Part shown: in pieces, positions 26,670 to 54,261 of the stretch
Numbering within the stretch: the stretch's first letter is position 1
Layout: the number at the start of each line of letters is the position of its first letter
DNA from: Paraspadella gotoi
Lineage: Eukaryota > Animalia > Chaetognatha
Assembly: GCA_051294375.1 (NCBI GenBank)
Contig: CM119268.1
Location: 4,602,666 to 4,666,665 of the forward strand
DNA: 64,000 nucleotides
Reading direction: 5' to 3'
The notes under the pieces: generated by a model
Databases searched by the model: none
The model's input: the letters and a program-made list of their open reading frames with translations, nothing else
Told to the model about the DNA's origin: nothing
Program-made: the position numbers and the translations under genes

Positions 26670-29600
26670 CTCTCTCTCATCGCTCTTCCATCCTCCTCTC
26701 TCTCTCTCTCTCTCTCATCTCTCTCTCTTCCCTTTGTCTCTTCTCCCTCATTCAGGTCATTCCTGACCCAAGAGAATTTTAAAACTTTCACGAATCGTCG
26801 CTCATGCGATTCGGATCATCCATCCATCGTCGGAATTCGCCTTTCACTTCCTCGCATTTCGCCGCTCGCCCTTTCGCATTTCGCCGATAACCCATCGTCG
26901 TTCGCCTTTTCCCGATCAACGGGTGACTCGGCGAATTATTTCCTTTTCACCTTTCACACAACCGATATGGAGTCGACGAGGGACGGCATGCACAGACGAG
27001 AGATACGATACGATCACGAGAGTTATTATGCGATCACAATAAGTCAGTTATAATCGCTAGAGTTACGTATGCTATATGGATGGATACGTCATGATAAATA
27101 TTAAAATGAAATAACAAGGAAAATGAATTCGATATATGATGAATTAATAATGTGATCAACGAGTTATAGGGTACGAGGAATAACATGCGCTCACAATGCA
27201 TAAAACGATATCACCATTGCTGATGCGTTCCCGTTGATTCGTGTCACAGACGTTAATTTTTTTGAACGTGAACGAGCTATAGAATTGTGAGATCAAGAAG
27301 GCAAAAAAAAAAGAAGCTTTTCTAAAGAAAATCTGGATTGTGAAATTGAAAAGTTGATTCCGTAAGAAGAAATTTGAAAGGTGTCAAATTCCTCGTCGTC
27401 GTCGTCGTCCGTTTTCGTTCTTTTCTTTGCACGTCATAGTTACAAGCGTCGTCGTCGGTTTAGTCATCATGCGTCGTCACCGTCGTCGTCATATTCATCG
27501 TCGTTCGTTATCGTCATTGTCATAGTCGTCATCGTCATCGGTTTCGTCGTCATCGTCGTCGTTATCGTCGGCGTCATCGTAGCTTTCAATGAAGCTAAAA
27601 AAGTTGAGGTCGAAGATCGAAACTGAACGAAACTTGGTGGGGGGGTTAGGTGGGATGAGGTGGGTTAAGGTGGGTTAAGGTGGATGAGGTGGGTTAAGTG
27701 GGATGAGGTGGGGTGAGGTGCGGCTGAGGATTGATTATTGTCCCTAAATTAAATACTTCAAAGCAGTTTATTCATCGAGAGAATATCACTGGTGATTTAG
27801 AGGTGAATACGTGATCAGGTGAAATCAGTTTGTTCCCTTTGTATAATATATCTCTGTACCGAAGTCTTAACTTTATAGTTGGGCGACTACATTTAAGAAA
27901 AAAATATACCGAATCTCTTAAGAAAATGACGTTTCTGCCTCTTTTTTTATTTTGTTTGAAAGTCAATGAGAAAAACACTTTTGTAGTCGTCAATGTTGTG
28001 TTTTCAGACATGGTCGTCGTGTCGTCGTCGCCTTCTGTCGTCGTCGTCGTCGGTCGTCGTCGTCGTCATCCGGGGTCGTAGATCCCACTTCGCATCCCAA
28101 CTCGCCTTCGACATTCTCGACGTTATTGTTGTTGTGTTGCTTTGTTGTCGTCTTCGTTGTGAAATGTGAATTGTGAAGTGAGGGAGATAAGTGAGAAGTG
28201 ATTGAGACGAAATTGTGATGATGACGACTGATGAGAAGAATCTTCTTCTCCCGTAATTTTTCACTTTTTTCTTGAGATTCCATCTCTAAGGTATTCAGAT
28301 GTACAACATATAACATAAATCTTGATATAGACTGTCCCAACCAATATTATTCCTTTCATACAATTGAAATAGTTTATATCAGAAACATTACAGATTTTCA
28401 TTAATAGAGAAGAGAAGTGGTCTGGAAATAATTAACTCAAATATGTGAGTGTCCTCTTGATTGAAAGCTTGAATGCAGACCGACAGAGTCTCTCTATGTT
28501 ATTTCATATTAGGGTGATGGAGCCAAGATCCCGCAACTTAGTTACTGACATAAAATCTATTTCTTGTTGTTTGTATTTAAGAAAACATTGAATCATTAAA
28601 AAAGTAAACTCTTTTCAATTTTTCCATTTCAAAACTCCGAAAACCTTTGAGCCTTTACCAGGCGCTTATGACCTGACTCACTTTATTTAACCCATGAAAG
28701 TCAAAAGTGAACCTTTCTTGATTTAAACCGACAACAACACACGACAACAGCAACAACCACACATCGACCCTCTCACGTTTCAACAACAACAAGCCAAAAT
28801 AAACATTCCAAGACTCGGATTCGAACGAACATTTCGAACGATGACTCCTTCACCAGCAATGACGGCCGATCGAGATTTACGCCGCGCGCCGCACGCAAAC
28901 CGCCGTCGCACCCGCAGCAGCCGCCGCCGCTCAGGATTCGACGTTGGCGAAAACAGCCATCGCTTCTGATTGGAGGAACGGATTTCCCCGTTCGTCATTG
29001 CTCAATTCTCAATTTTCCACTTTTCGCTCGCGCAATTTCGATCCTTCGGACCAACATCCGCCGCAGACTCCTTTCCTCCTCCTCCTCCTCCTCTTCCTCC
29101 TCCATTCTGTCTCTTATCCTCCTAGATTTCCCGTCTCCACCAAAAGACTTTACCACCAAAAACCACCTTAACCACCTCATCTTTAAAAACTTACCTTCTC
29201 TGTTTTAACTTCAAAATCAAGCCTTTCCTAACCGTCTTCATCTGTCCATACGAGACCCAGCGGCCTTGTTTTACTAAATGCCCCCTAAATTCGTAATTAG
29301 TGAGTTTGAAATTTAAAGATTAAGTTAAAGATTAGGTAAAGATACGATTTTGAGATTAGGGTTGGGTTCTACATTAGGGTTGGGGATTAGGGTTAGGGTT
29401 ATGACTATAGACAAAGATTAATTATTCAAGATAAAAATAAGTTTAGCGATAAGGAACAGAAATGGAACGTTTTTTGGAAAGAGAGCCGCCACAACCACCA
29501 CCAAGCACTCGACTGTCTCTACCACTATCTAATCCTCTTCCTCCTCCTCTCCTCCTCCTCCTCCTCCCCCTTCACACTCCCAACAGTCCGTCCGCGTCCG

Positions 29601-29869
29601 ACGCGCCTCTCGACTCCTTCTCCCTTCTCAGCCGACGACGACGCCCCTCGCGCGCGTGAAGGAGGCGACTCCGGCGGAGAAAAAAAAAAACCAACACGAG
29701 ACCGAAGCGCCATCTTTTTTTTTTTCTCCGAGACCGTCGTCGCAGTCGCACGTCGACGTCGGAAATAACGCGCGCGCGTCGTGCGCAGATATATCGAGGG
29801 GGGGGAAAAATCCTCTCGCTCTCCTGTATTCATTCCACGAGGAGAAGAGAGAGTGAGAGACGCCCCAGG

Positions 29870-29960
29870 AAATGGGGGAGGAAGGCGAAAGCCCCCGGAG
29901 ATGGAAACGGTCGTCATCACGAGAGCATTCAAGGCGGCGGCGGCGCTCATGGGGTTATGT
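29870..29960 (+). other. TMEM47: Redundant copy of TMEM47-like exon 1 (inside the duplicated block)
   Basis: ATG at 29901 gives METVVITRAFKAAAALMGL(C), followed by GTGTGAGT. It matches 38531-38590. Confidence 0.7.
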
Positions 29961-30704
29961 GTGAGTTGATTTATTTTTTTTTTGTGTGTGTGTGTAGGGG
30001 AGAGAGAAGGGAGGGTGACAAGGTCTGTTTTTTTTGGGGGGAGGCTGACTGGCTGTAAGGGAGAAGAGGTGAAAAGGGTTAATTTTTAAAAAAAATTAAA
30101 TGTCGATCTTTATCGAGAATGGTTTAGTTTAATTATTGACGTGAATTAGTTGCAGTGTTGACGCGTTTGTCTATGTATAGTATAGTTTCCTGCCGATGTA
30201 AAAAAAATCATTACATCATAAAAAAAAAACATAACAAGTTGTATTTTTTCTACAAAATTTAATTTTTTTCCCTTGTAATCATTTTACAACGAAACTAAGT
30301 ACCGTAAAATGTTCAAAAACTAAGACATATTATCTTGAATTCATCTCATACCAAATTGCTTACAAACATCAATGTCGATGACAGCTTGCAAATTCACATC
30401 TATCACCGGTAAATTCACCAACGACGACAACAAACAACAACGAATTACGTTTCAATTTAAATTCACTGATTCGCCAATCGAAATCACATCTTTGCTTTTC
30501 AGTTCGACTCAGCGTGAATCAAATCCATCTTCTTTTCTTTCTTTTTTTTTTTGCGATCGAAACTGAAAAAACTTGAAAACGAGAAAAAAAAAGAAAATAA
30601 AAGACAAAAGAAAACAATTAATCAACTGATCGAAAATCCCCCCCTTGGAAAAAAATTTAAAATAGATTGATTTGGTTGCNNNNNNNNNNNNNNNNNNNNN
30701 NNNN

Positions 30705-32301
30705 ATGGCGCCACCTGTGCCTTCGTCGCCGCTCAGAACGGCTTCCTCAATCTTCTGCGATATCTCCATTCCAAGGGTGGGTGTGAAAAGAGGGAGGTGG
30801 GTGTGAAAAGAGGGGGGTGGGTNNNNNNNNNNNNNNNNNNNNNNNNNNNNNNNNNNNNNNNNNNNNNNNNNNNNNNNNNNNNNNNNNNNNNNNNNNNNNN
30901 NNNNNNNNNNNNNNNNNNNNNNNNNNNNNNNNNNNNNNNNNNNNNNNNNNNNNNNNNNNNNNNNNNNNNNNNNNNNNNNNNNNNNNNNNNNNNNNNNNNN
31001 NNNNNNNNNNNNNNNNNNNNNNNNNNNNNNNNNNNNNNNNNNNNNNNNNNTTAAGGTGAGGGGTTGGTGACTGGTGGGTGAAGGGTGAAATATTCTTTGA
31101 AATATTATACCTTTTCATTGATAGGAAAGCCATTTACTCTGGGAGTGAATAAACGAGACTGTGAGAGAGTCTTGATTGAAAGCTTGCAGGGACCTGCTAT
31201 GTCATTATCTTGTAAGAGTGATGGAGGCCTTAAACCACCAAAGCCTGTCCAAAGTCAGGGGCAATTTCATATGAGGGACGGGTGAGTGGAAGATGTGGGA
31301 TTTCGGTGTGTATTTTTTTGCTAGTGTGATCAATGAGTTCAAGTCCTGACCAAGTACGTAGCTCATTGGTCGGGGGAAATTTAATTATTTTTACAAACTG
31401 TTTTTCTTTCTTCCTTCACTATTTTCTCTCTCTCTTCTCCCCTCCCCCCCGCAATTCATCGCCAATCGCGTTTTTCTTCCTCCCCCGAATCAGGCGCCGA
31501 CATCAACGCGCCTCGCAAGGACGGCGCCAGTCCGCTCTGGATCGCCTGTCAAATGGGTCAGCTGCCTGTCGTCGAGTTTCTGGTCAAAAACGGAGCCAAC
31601 GTCCACGCGCGGAGAGAAGACGGGGCCACGCCCCTTTTTAAAGTTAGTCGATGGCGATCGATGGTCTAATCGATCAATCGGTCAATCATTCAATTGATCT
31701 GTCAGTTAATAAACTATACTGTGAGAGAGTCTCTTGTAGGGTCATGCTGTGTTGTTATCTAGTAAAAGGGATGAAAGCCTTAGCTCACCATTGCCTGTCC
31801 AAAGTCAGGGGGCAAGATAGATTATTTATTGAATGAATGGAAAATTTTCATATTAGTTCTACTAATTTTATTAATATTACATCAATTATTAAATTGTTAA
31901 ATCAATCGTCTCATTCTGTCTTTACCGAATCATTCAAATCATTTCTCCCCCCCCCCACCAAGGCCGCCCACAAAGGCTTCGGCGACATCTGCCGAGTTCT
32001 CCTCCGCCGCGGCGCCAAGTGCGAACTCCTCGCCAACGGAGAGACGCCTCTCCACGCGGCGGCGCTCTTCGGTCACCTCGGCGTCGTCAAGGAACTCGTC
32101 GCTCACGGCGTCGCTCGAGATCTCAAGAATCGGGAGAACTCGACGCCGGGCGAGTTGGCCTTCGAGGCCGGGTTCACGGAGGTGGCGTCGTTCCTTGGAT
32201 TCGCTCGTCCGTCGGTCGGACTCAGACTCAAAGACTTGAACGCCTTCACCGCGAGCCAATCGTCTTCGTCGAACGGAAGTCTTCCGCAGTCGATTCGGTG
32301 A
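30705..32301 (+). CDS. ANKRD29: ANKRD29-like, copy 2 (last three exons)
   Basis: Exon end ~30705-30775 (FVAAQNGFLNLLRYL). Exon ~31494-31642 (ADINAPRKDGASPLWIACQMGQLPVVEFLVK..GATP.FK, with indels). Exon 31963-32301 (AAHKGFGDICRVLLRRGAKCELLANGETPLHAAALFGHLGVVKELVAHGVARDLKNRENSTPGELA...). Confidence 0.85.
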
Positions 32302-35250
32302 TTTGCGAAGATGAGGTCGTTCGCCAGGATCTCCGGCTCCGGACCCAACACCCCCTCCCCTCGCCCCACGCCCCTAAAATCACCCAACACCTTCGACCAT
32401 TCGAACGATGCCTAACTTTTTGGTCTCATTCATTGTCTTCCCTCTTTTCTTTCCTTCATTTTTTTTCTTTCCTTCATTTTTATCAGTTTTCTTCTTTTTT
32501 TCTTTTTCTTCCTCCTTTACCTTATTCCCCTTTTTTTTCTTTCCTTCTTCTTTGTTTGTTTTCTTTTTCCTTCTTTTCTTTTTTGTTTGTTTTTGTCTTC
32601 TCCTCTCTTTTCCTTTTTCCTCCCTTTTCTTTTTTTCTTCTCTTCTTTTTTTCTTTTTTCTTCTTCTCTTTGTTTTCCTCTCATTCCTTCCATCTTTCCT
32701 CTTTTTTCGATCTTCCACCCTTTTTAATATCCTCTTTTTTTCCTTTTTCCTCCCTTTTCTTTTTCCTTTCCTTTCCTTTTATCTCCTCCTTCTTCACTTG
32801 GTCTTCCCAACTTCGATCAAGCTGAATATTCATTGCATATGAATCTCCCCCTCTTTTTTTTTAACATGAATCTTCGCCTTTACATTAAAATGAATCTCCT
32901 TTAATTGAAAAAGATGAATCTCTTTCCCACATTTCTCGATCTCTTCCACATTTCGTCATCCAAGAAAAATATCGCAGCGAATTTTAATTCTACCGGAAAA
33001 AAAAAAGAATTTCAATCTCCACTCCTTTTTTTCCCTTTTTTTTCCTTATTTTTTTGTTCTTTTGTAGTTCCCCCTATTTTCTCTTTTCCAATTTTCCCAA
33101 CAATCCTTTCTCCCATCCCCTCTCCATTTAATTTCTCTCAACTCCTCTCCATGTAATCTTCCCATTTCCCGCCCGGTAATTCCTCCCCTTTCCCCTTTCC
33201 CCTTTCCCCTTTCCCCTTTCCCCTCCCATTTATCCTCTCCTCCCATCTTTCCCCGTTTCTTCTTCCCCGACCCCCGCCGGTCATTGCCTTCGAAATAAAA
33301 AAACTGATTACAAATTTAACAAAATCTTTCGCTCGTTTTAATCTCATTTCTTTTTCATTTCATAATTGCATCCAAACCAATTGCATGATCACCCTCTCGC
33401 GTTTGAAAACCCTATTTTTGTTTTGTCATTTACATTATTTTTTTTCTGTACAATCTGATTTAGTACAAGATACTTTTAGCAATTGATGTATATGTAATTC
33501 TTAAAACTGCAACCTTTTATTACGTGTTTAGAAATTTTTTTTTTTTTAATAGATCTCTTCTGTTGGACAATATCATTTAATTCTCTCATTCAGTAATTAT
33601 TTCGGACATATTTTGGAAAGGTGGCTATCCCAGAAACTTAAAGTTGATATTTTTATTTCTTAACATTAAAAACATTGTCGACTCTACGTAAAACTGTTAA
33701 TTTCTTCCATTCATTCATCCCTGCTTTACATCAAACAATTTTCTTAATTCATCTTACAGTTATTGTCATCTCATTGGCTACACTTATGTATTTTTTATTG
33801 ACTGTTTTTTTTGTTTTTAGAATTTTGTTATAGCGAAAAACGATGTACATTTTCCCTTCCACTTAGTTCAAAATACGTCACTGTAATAATTGTTTGGTTG
33901 TTATTTTTTGTGCTATTTATTGTATGCTGCTTTTATTATATTTAAGATTGTTTTGTTGATACAAAAAAAAAACCTTTTTAATAACGAAAGAAAAAATTAG
34001 AGAATTTGAAGATAATTAAGTAATGCATTGAAGTTAGATATAATTTATAATTTTATTTAATCTATTTCATTCAAAATTTCAACTTTCGAATAAAAGGGAT
34101 TAGAATGATGTTTTCGTTAGGCCAATCGAACAATCAATCACATTTGATTCAATAAACAATCAGTTGCTCTACTATTTCAACGATCCCTGTTTTATGTCTA
34201 GTTTTATATCTGATATCAATCAAAGATTCACATCTCATTTTATCTCCGCGTTTCACATCTTCCTTCACTTCACGCTCGGTATGTATTTTCTATTTTGCCT
34301 TTTCGCTCAAAAATTTAAAAATCAAAACGTAAAAATAAACAACAAAAAACTAAACAATTAAAAATAACAAGTTCGAACAAACAATGCCGGATCTGCCCAC
34401 GATCATTAGCGGTATGCATCTGATCAGATAATTAATTAATTATTTAAATAATTAATTTATTAATTAAATAATTAATTATTATCAATTTTTTTCATTTGCG
34501 ATAAAATCGTTTTCAAATTTGTCTCGCCTCTCAATGACAAAGGTAATAAATAAATTAATTAGTTAATAAATAAATAATTAATTAATTAATTAATTACTAA
34601 TATATAAATAATTATTTAATGAAGCTTGAATTTACATTTAATATAAAAAGAAAAAAGCATAATCAAATAGTGAAATAGATTTTTTGTTTTTTTTCGGACC
34701 GACAAAGTGGATTATAGAGCCGGAATCTGCTGTAAACAGATTCGGCTAAAAAGTAAAAACCCGACGATAAATCTTTCTTGGATTTCTTTCAAAACCGCTA
34801 GAGGGTGGCGTCTCTCTCTCTCTCTCTTCTCTCAATCTCTCTCTCTCTTCTCTCTCTCTCATCTCTGCTCTGCTCTTTTTTTTTTTTCATTTATAGTACG
34901 CAAGCTCATTAAAGTAGTGCTATATCAAAAAACATTTTTTACTATAAGTATAACACAAGACAACTTTAAAACCTTTTTTCAAGAATTTGAATTGTCTGCA
35001 TCAGTTACAAAATCAAGAAATCAAGAAAGAAATTAATTAGAGGAGACAGATAATTCTTTTGTACATATTAGATATAGCAAATCAGACGACGAGAATTTGA
35101 TACTTTCATATTTTTAAAATCTGTAATTCGACTAACTTAGGCCGCAGTAAGAGAAACAAAATAATCAAGTCTTACGTTTTACTGTTTTTTTTTTTTACCT
35201 TTTCCACAGAAAACGACACAGAATTGACGACCTACGACCCCGTAAACTCG

Positions 35251-35303
<53 letters not shown>

Positions 35304-36644
35304 CTCCTCCTCTCTCTCTCTCTCTCTCTCTCTCATCTCTCTCTCTTCCCTTTTCCTCTCTCTCCCTTCATTCAGGTCATTCCTGACCCAGAGAATTTTA
35401 AAACTTTCACGAATCGTCGCTCATCGATTCGGATCATCCATCCATCGTCGGAATTCGCCTTTCACTTTCCTCGCATTTCGCCGCTCGCCCTTCGCATTTC
35501 GCCGATAACCCATCGTCGTTCGCCTTTTCCCGATCAACGGTGACTCGGCGATTTTTCCTTTCACCTTTCACCACCGATATCGAGTCGACGGAGGGACGGA
35601 TGCGATCACGAGAGATACGATACGATCACGAGAGTTATTATGCGATCACAATAAGTCAGTTATAATCGCTAGAGTTACGATGCTATATGGATGGATACGT
35701 CATGATAAATATTAAAATGAAATAACAAGGAAAATGATTCGATAATGATGAATTATATGTGATCACGAGTTATACGGTCACGAGGAATAACATGCGCTCA
35801 CAATGCATAAAATGATATCACCATTGCTGATGCGTTCCCGTGATTCGTGTCACAACGTTAATTTTTTTTTAACGTGAACGAGCTATAGAATTGTGAGATC
35901 AAGAAGGCAAAAAAAAAGAAGCTTTTCTAAATCGGATTGTGAATTGAAAAGTTGATTCCGTAAGAAGAAATTTGAAAGTGTCAAATTCCTCGTCGTCGTC
36001 GTCGTCGTTTTCGTCTTTGTCTTTGCAGTCATAGTTACAAGCGTCGTCGTCGGTTTCGTCATCATCGTCGTCAGCGTCGTCGTCATATTCATCGTCGTCG
36101 TTATCGTCATTGTCATAGTCGTCATCGTCATCGGTTTCGTCGTCATCGTCGTCGTTATCGTCGGCGTCATCGTAGCTTTCAATGAGCTAAAAAAGTTGAG
36201 GTCGAAGATCGAAACTGAACGAAGACTTGGTGGGGGGGTTAAGGTGGGATGAGGTGGGTTAAGGTGGGTTAAGGTGGGATGAGGTGGGTTAAGGTGGGAT
36301 GAGGTGGGGTGAGGTGCGGCTGAGGATTGGATTTATTGTCCCTAAATTAAAATACTCAAAGCAGTTTATTCATCGAGAGAAATTATCAACTGGTGATTTA
36401 GAGGTGAATACGTGATCAGGTGAAATCAGTTTGTTCCCTTTATAATATATCTCTGTACCGAAGTCTTTAACTTTTATAGTTGGGCGACTACATTTAAGAA
36501 AAAAATATACACGAATCTCTTAAGAAAAATGACGTTCTGCTCTTTTTTTAATTTTTGTTTGAAAAGTCAATGAGTAAAAACACTTTTGTAGTCGTCAATG
36601 TTGTGTTTTCAGACATGGTCGTCGTCGTCGTCGTCGCCATTTCT

Positions 36645-36675
<31 letters not shown>

Positions 36676-38503
36676 TCCGGGGTCGTAGATCCCACTTCGC
36701 ATCCCAAACTCGCCTTCGACATTCTCGACGTTATTGTTGTTGTTGTTGCTTTGTTGTCGTCTTCGTTGTGAATGTGAATTGTGAAGTGAGTGAGATAAGT
36801 GAGAAGTGATTGAGACGAAATTGTGATGATGACGACTGTGAGAAGAATCTCTTCTCCCGTAATTTTTCACTTTTTCTTGAGATTCCATCTCTAAGGTTAT
36901 TCAGATTGTACAAACATATAACATAAATCTTGATATAGACTGTCCCAACCAATATTATTCCTTTCATACAATTGAAATAGTTTATATCAGAAACATTACA
37001 GATTTTCATTAATAGAGAAGAGAAGTGGTCTGGAAATTAATTAACTCAAATATGTGAGTGTCCTCTTGATTGAAAGCTTGAATGCAGACCGACAGAGTCT
37101 CTCTATGTTATTTTCATATTAGGGTGATGGAGCCAAGATCCCGCAACTTAAGTTACTGACATGAAATCTATTTCTTGTATTGTTTGTATTTAAGAAAACA
37201 TTGAATCATTAAAAAAGTAACTCTTTCAATTTTTCCATTTTCAAAACTCCGAAAACCTTTGAGCCTTACCAAGGCGCTTATGACCTGACTCACTTTATTT
37301 AACCCATGAAAAGTCAAAAAGTGAACCTTTTCTTGATTTAAACCGACAACAACCACGACAACAGCAACAACCACAACATCGACCCTCTCACGCTTTCAAC
37401 AACAACAGCAAAATAAACATTCAAGACTCGGATTCGAACGCAACATTTTCGAACGATGACTCCTTCACCAGCAATGACGGCCGATCGAGATTTACCGCCG
37501 CCGCCGCCGCAAACCGCCGTCGCACCCGCAGCAGCCGCCGCCGCTTCAGGATTCGACGTTGGCGAAAACGCCCATCGCTTCTGATTGGAGGAACGGATTC
37601 CCGTCGTCATTGGCTTCAATTCTCAATTTTCCACTTTTCGCTCGCGCATTTTCGATCCTTCGACCAACATCCGCCGCAGACTCCTTTTCCTCCTCCTCCT
37701 CCTCCTCTTCCTCCTCCATGTCTGTCTCTTATCCTCCTAGATTTTCCCGTCTCCACCAAAAGACTTTACCACCAAAAAACCCACCTTAACCACCTCATCC
37801 TTTAAAAACTTACCTTCTCTGTTTTAACTTCAAATCAAGCCTTTCCTAACCGTCTTCCATCTGTCCATACGAGACCCAGCGGCCTTGTTTTACTAAAATG
37901 CCCCCTAAATTCGTAATTAAGTGAGTTTTGAAATTTAAAGATTAAAGTTAAAGATTAAGGTTAAAGATACGATTTGAGATTAGGGTTGGGTTCTACATTA
38001 GGGTTGGGGATTAGGGTTAGGGTTAATGACTATAAGACAAAGATTAATTATCAAGAATAAAAATAAGTTTAGCGATTAAGGAACAGAAATGGAACGTTTT
38101 TTGGAAAAGAGAGCCGCCACAACCACCACCAGCACTCGAGCTGTCTCTACCACTATTCTAATCCTCTTCCTCCTCCTCCTCCTCCTCCTCCTCCCCCCTC
38201 TCCACACTCCCAACAGTCCGTCCGCGTCCGACGCGCCTCTCGACTCCTTCTTCCCTTCTGCAGCCGACGACGACGCCCTCGCGCGCGTGAAGGAGGCGAC
38301 TCCGGCGGAGAAAAAAAAAAACCAACACGAGACCGAAGCGCCATCTTTTTTTTTTTTCTCCGAGACCGTCGTCGCGAGTCGCACGTCGCACGTCGGAAAT
38401 AACGCGCGCGCGTCGTGCGCGGATATATCCGAGGGGGGGGAAAAATCCTCTCGCTCTCTGTATTTATTCCACGAGGAGAGAGAGAGAGTGAGAGACGCCC
38501 AGG

Positions 38504-52355
<13,852 letters not shown>

Positions 52356-53880
52356 ATGTTTTCCCCCAAGTCGACTAATTTTCTCAAGATCTCAACTCCT
52401 TCGTAGCTGCGCTGCCGCGTCGATCGTGCGCTGTCGTCGTCGCCGCTGTCGTCGTCGGCGTGTCGACCGTGCTCATCGACCGGCGCCATCAACCGAGAAG
52501 CGAAATGAAAAGTTAACAACGAAAATAAACAAAATAACGAAACATCGAAGAAATACACAAATACGAGGAATAACAAAATAACAATATAGATTTCGAATTA
52601 TCAATCAATAGAGGTCGCGATTGGTCAACTTGCGAGCCCGACAGAGTTCTTCAACTCTGCTCAAGGATATTAATAAATATAAAAACGCACAATAAAAAAC
52701 AAATATTGTTAATTTCTTTATATCTGATTTAAAAATAAACAAACAAGAGGCCAAAGACTTTTTCAGAGTTTAACCTTTTAACTACTTTATTTTGCTGCAA
52801 GTCTTAGGTTCTTCTCTGGAAAAGTCACATCGGTCTTATTTTGATATTATTATTTTTACAACAAAAACAAACGAACAGAAACACATCGAGCGAAACAAAA
52901 GAGCATCGCGCAGGCAAGAAAAAAAGTTAAGCGCGACCCTCAACTCAAGAAATTTTTCAACGCACTTGCCAAACCCAAACTTTTTTTTATTGTCAACATC
53001 AAAATAAATAATTAAGTTTAACAAAATTATAACAAAGATTCACGTGAATGTTCATCCCCAATCTCGCTGTAAATAATGTTCCATAAGCCATTTGTTTTGA
53101 TTTTTTTCTTCTCTACTTCTCCATTTCGCCATCTGGTTTTTTTCTTCTTCTTGTTGATCGATGAAAATTCTGTGGTGTCTTTTGTTCACTTCATTAGAGC
53201 CGAGCTGTGTAACGCGCCCTATATCAACAATTGTATTTTTTTCTAATTATTTTCTCTTTTCATTAATTTCCAAATACAAATTTTTATTGACTTTGTCAAA
53301 AAAGTGAAAAATTATTGCGCGGATGAGTTTCGAGATACTGAAGTCCGGCATCAGTCAAACTAGAAATTAAAAGGACAGATCTAGATATAAATGGAGAGAA
53401 ATACAAACATAAGGTAAACTTTCGAAGAACTAAACGAAATTTTAGGTTTTAAATTTTCCTTCTCAAGTTTTAACATTAAAAAAATAAACCATATAGTAAT
53501 ATTAAACCTTGAACTACCCACCCAATCATAAACCCAAATCAACTTTACTCGAACGGTCAGCGTTCAGAACTTACTCGGTGTCGAAAACCTTACTTCGAAG
53601 CTGCTGAGTCAGTGAGAACGAGTTTTTACAGTCGTAATTCGAAGCCCGCAGACAATCTCGTACCAAGAGGAAGGATCCGTGTCAGGATTTCGACAAAGTT
53701 ACAACATCTCTGACGATGTTTGAACCCAAAAATTACTCGTTCGTAACAAAATCATTAGATTCATATTTAATGAAAAACTTAATACGCGGCCTTCGTTGAT
53801 TTTAATTGTTCGGAGATTGTTTATTTTCTGGACTTGGAAGACGTGGAACCGTCGGAGCGCACGAAACCCAGGCTTTTCTG

Positions 53881-53883
<3 letters not shown>

Positions 53884-53951
<68 letters not shown>
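53884..53951. repeat. (CT)n/GAGA microsatellite upstream of the ANK-TIR gene
   Basis: Perfect dinucleotide run ~310 bp upstream of the ATG. Confidence 0.95.
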
Positions 53952-53959
<8 letters not shown>

Positions 53960-54261
53960 GTGTCGTGTCCCGTTTTTACAGCCTTAAATTCTTTCGCCTT
54001 TTTTTTTCTAAATCACACAATGAATCTCGAATTTATTCTATCTTAATAAACGATAATAAGCATTCCACCCCCGGGGAGTTGTCATTTTGTTCATGTGTAA
54101 TGCATCTTCTCTGTGGCGCCTCTGACGGCGGAGTCACCAACAATTATTCCAGGAGAAAACCTTCGCTCAAGGAGAACGGGAGGAGAGAGGACGAAGAGGA
54201 AGGAAACGAGAAGAAAGGGAGGAAAGAGGAAGAGAAGGAGGATACGAAGAAGACGACGAAG

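Noticed and set aside
29340-29400. Telomere
   Set aside because: Only a few degenerate TTAGGG units, internal and recurring at several sites.
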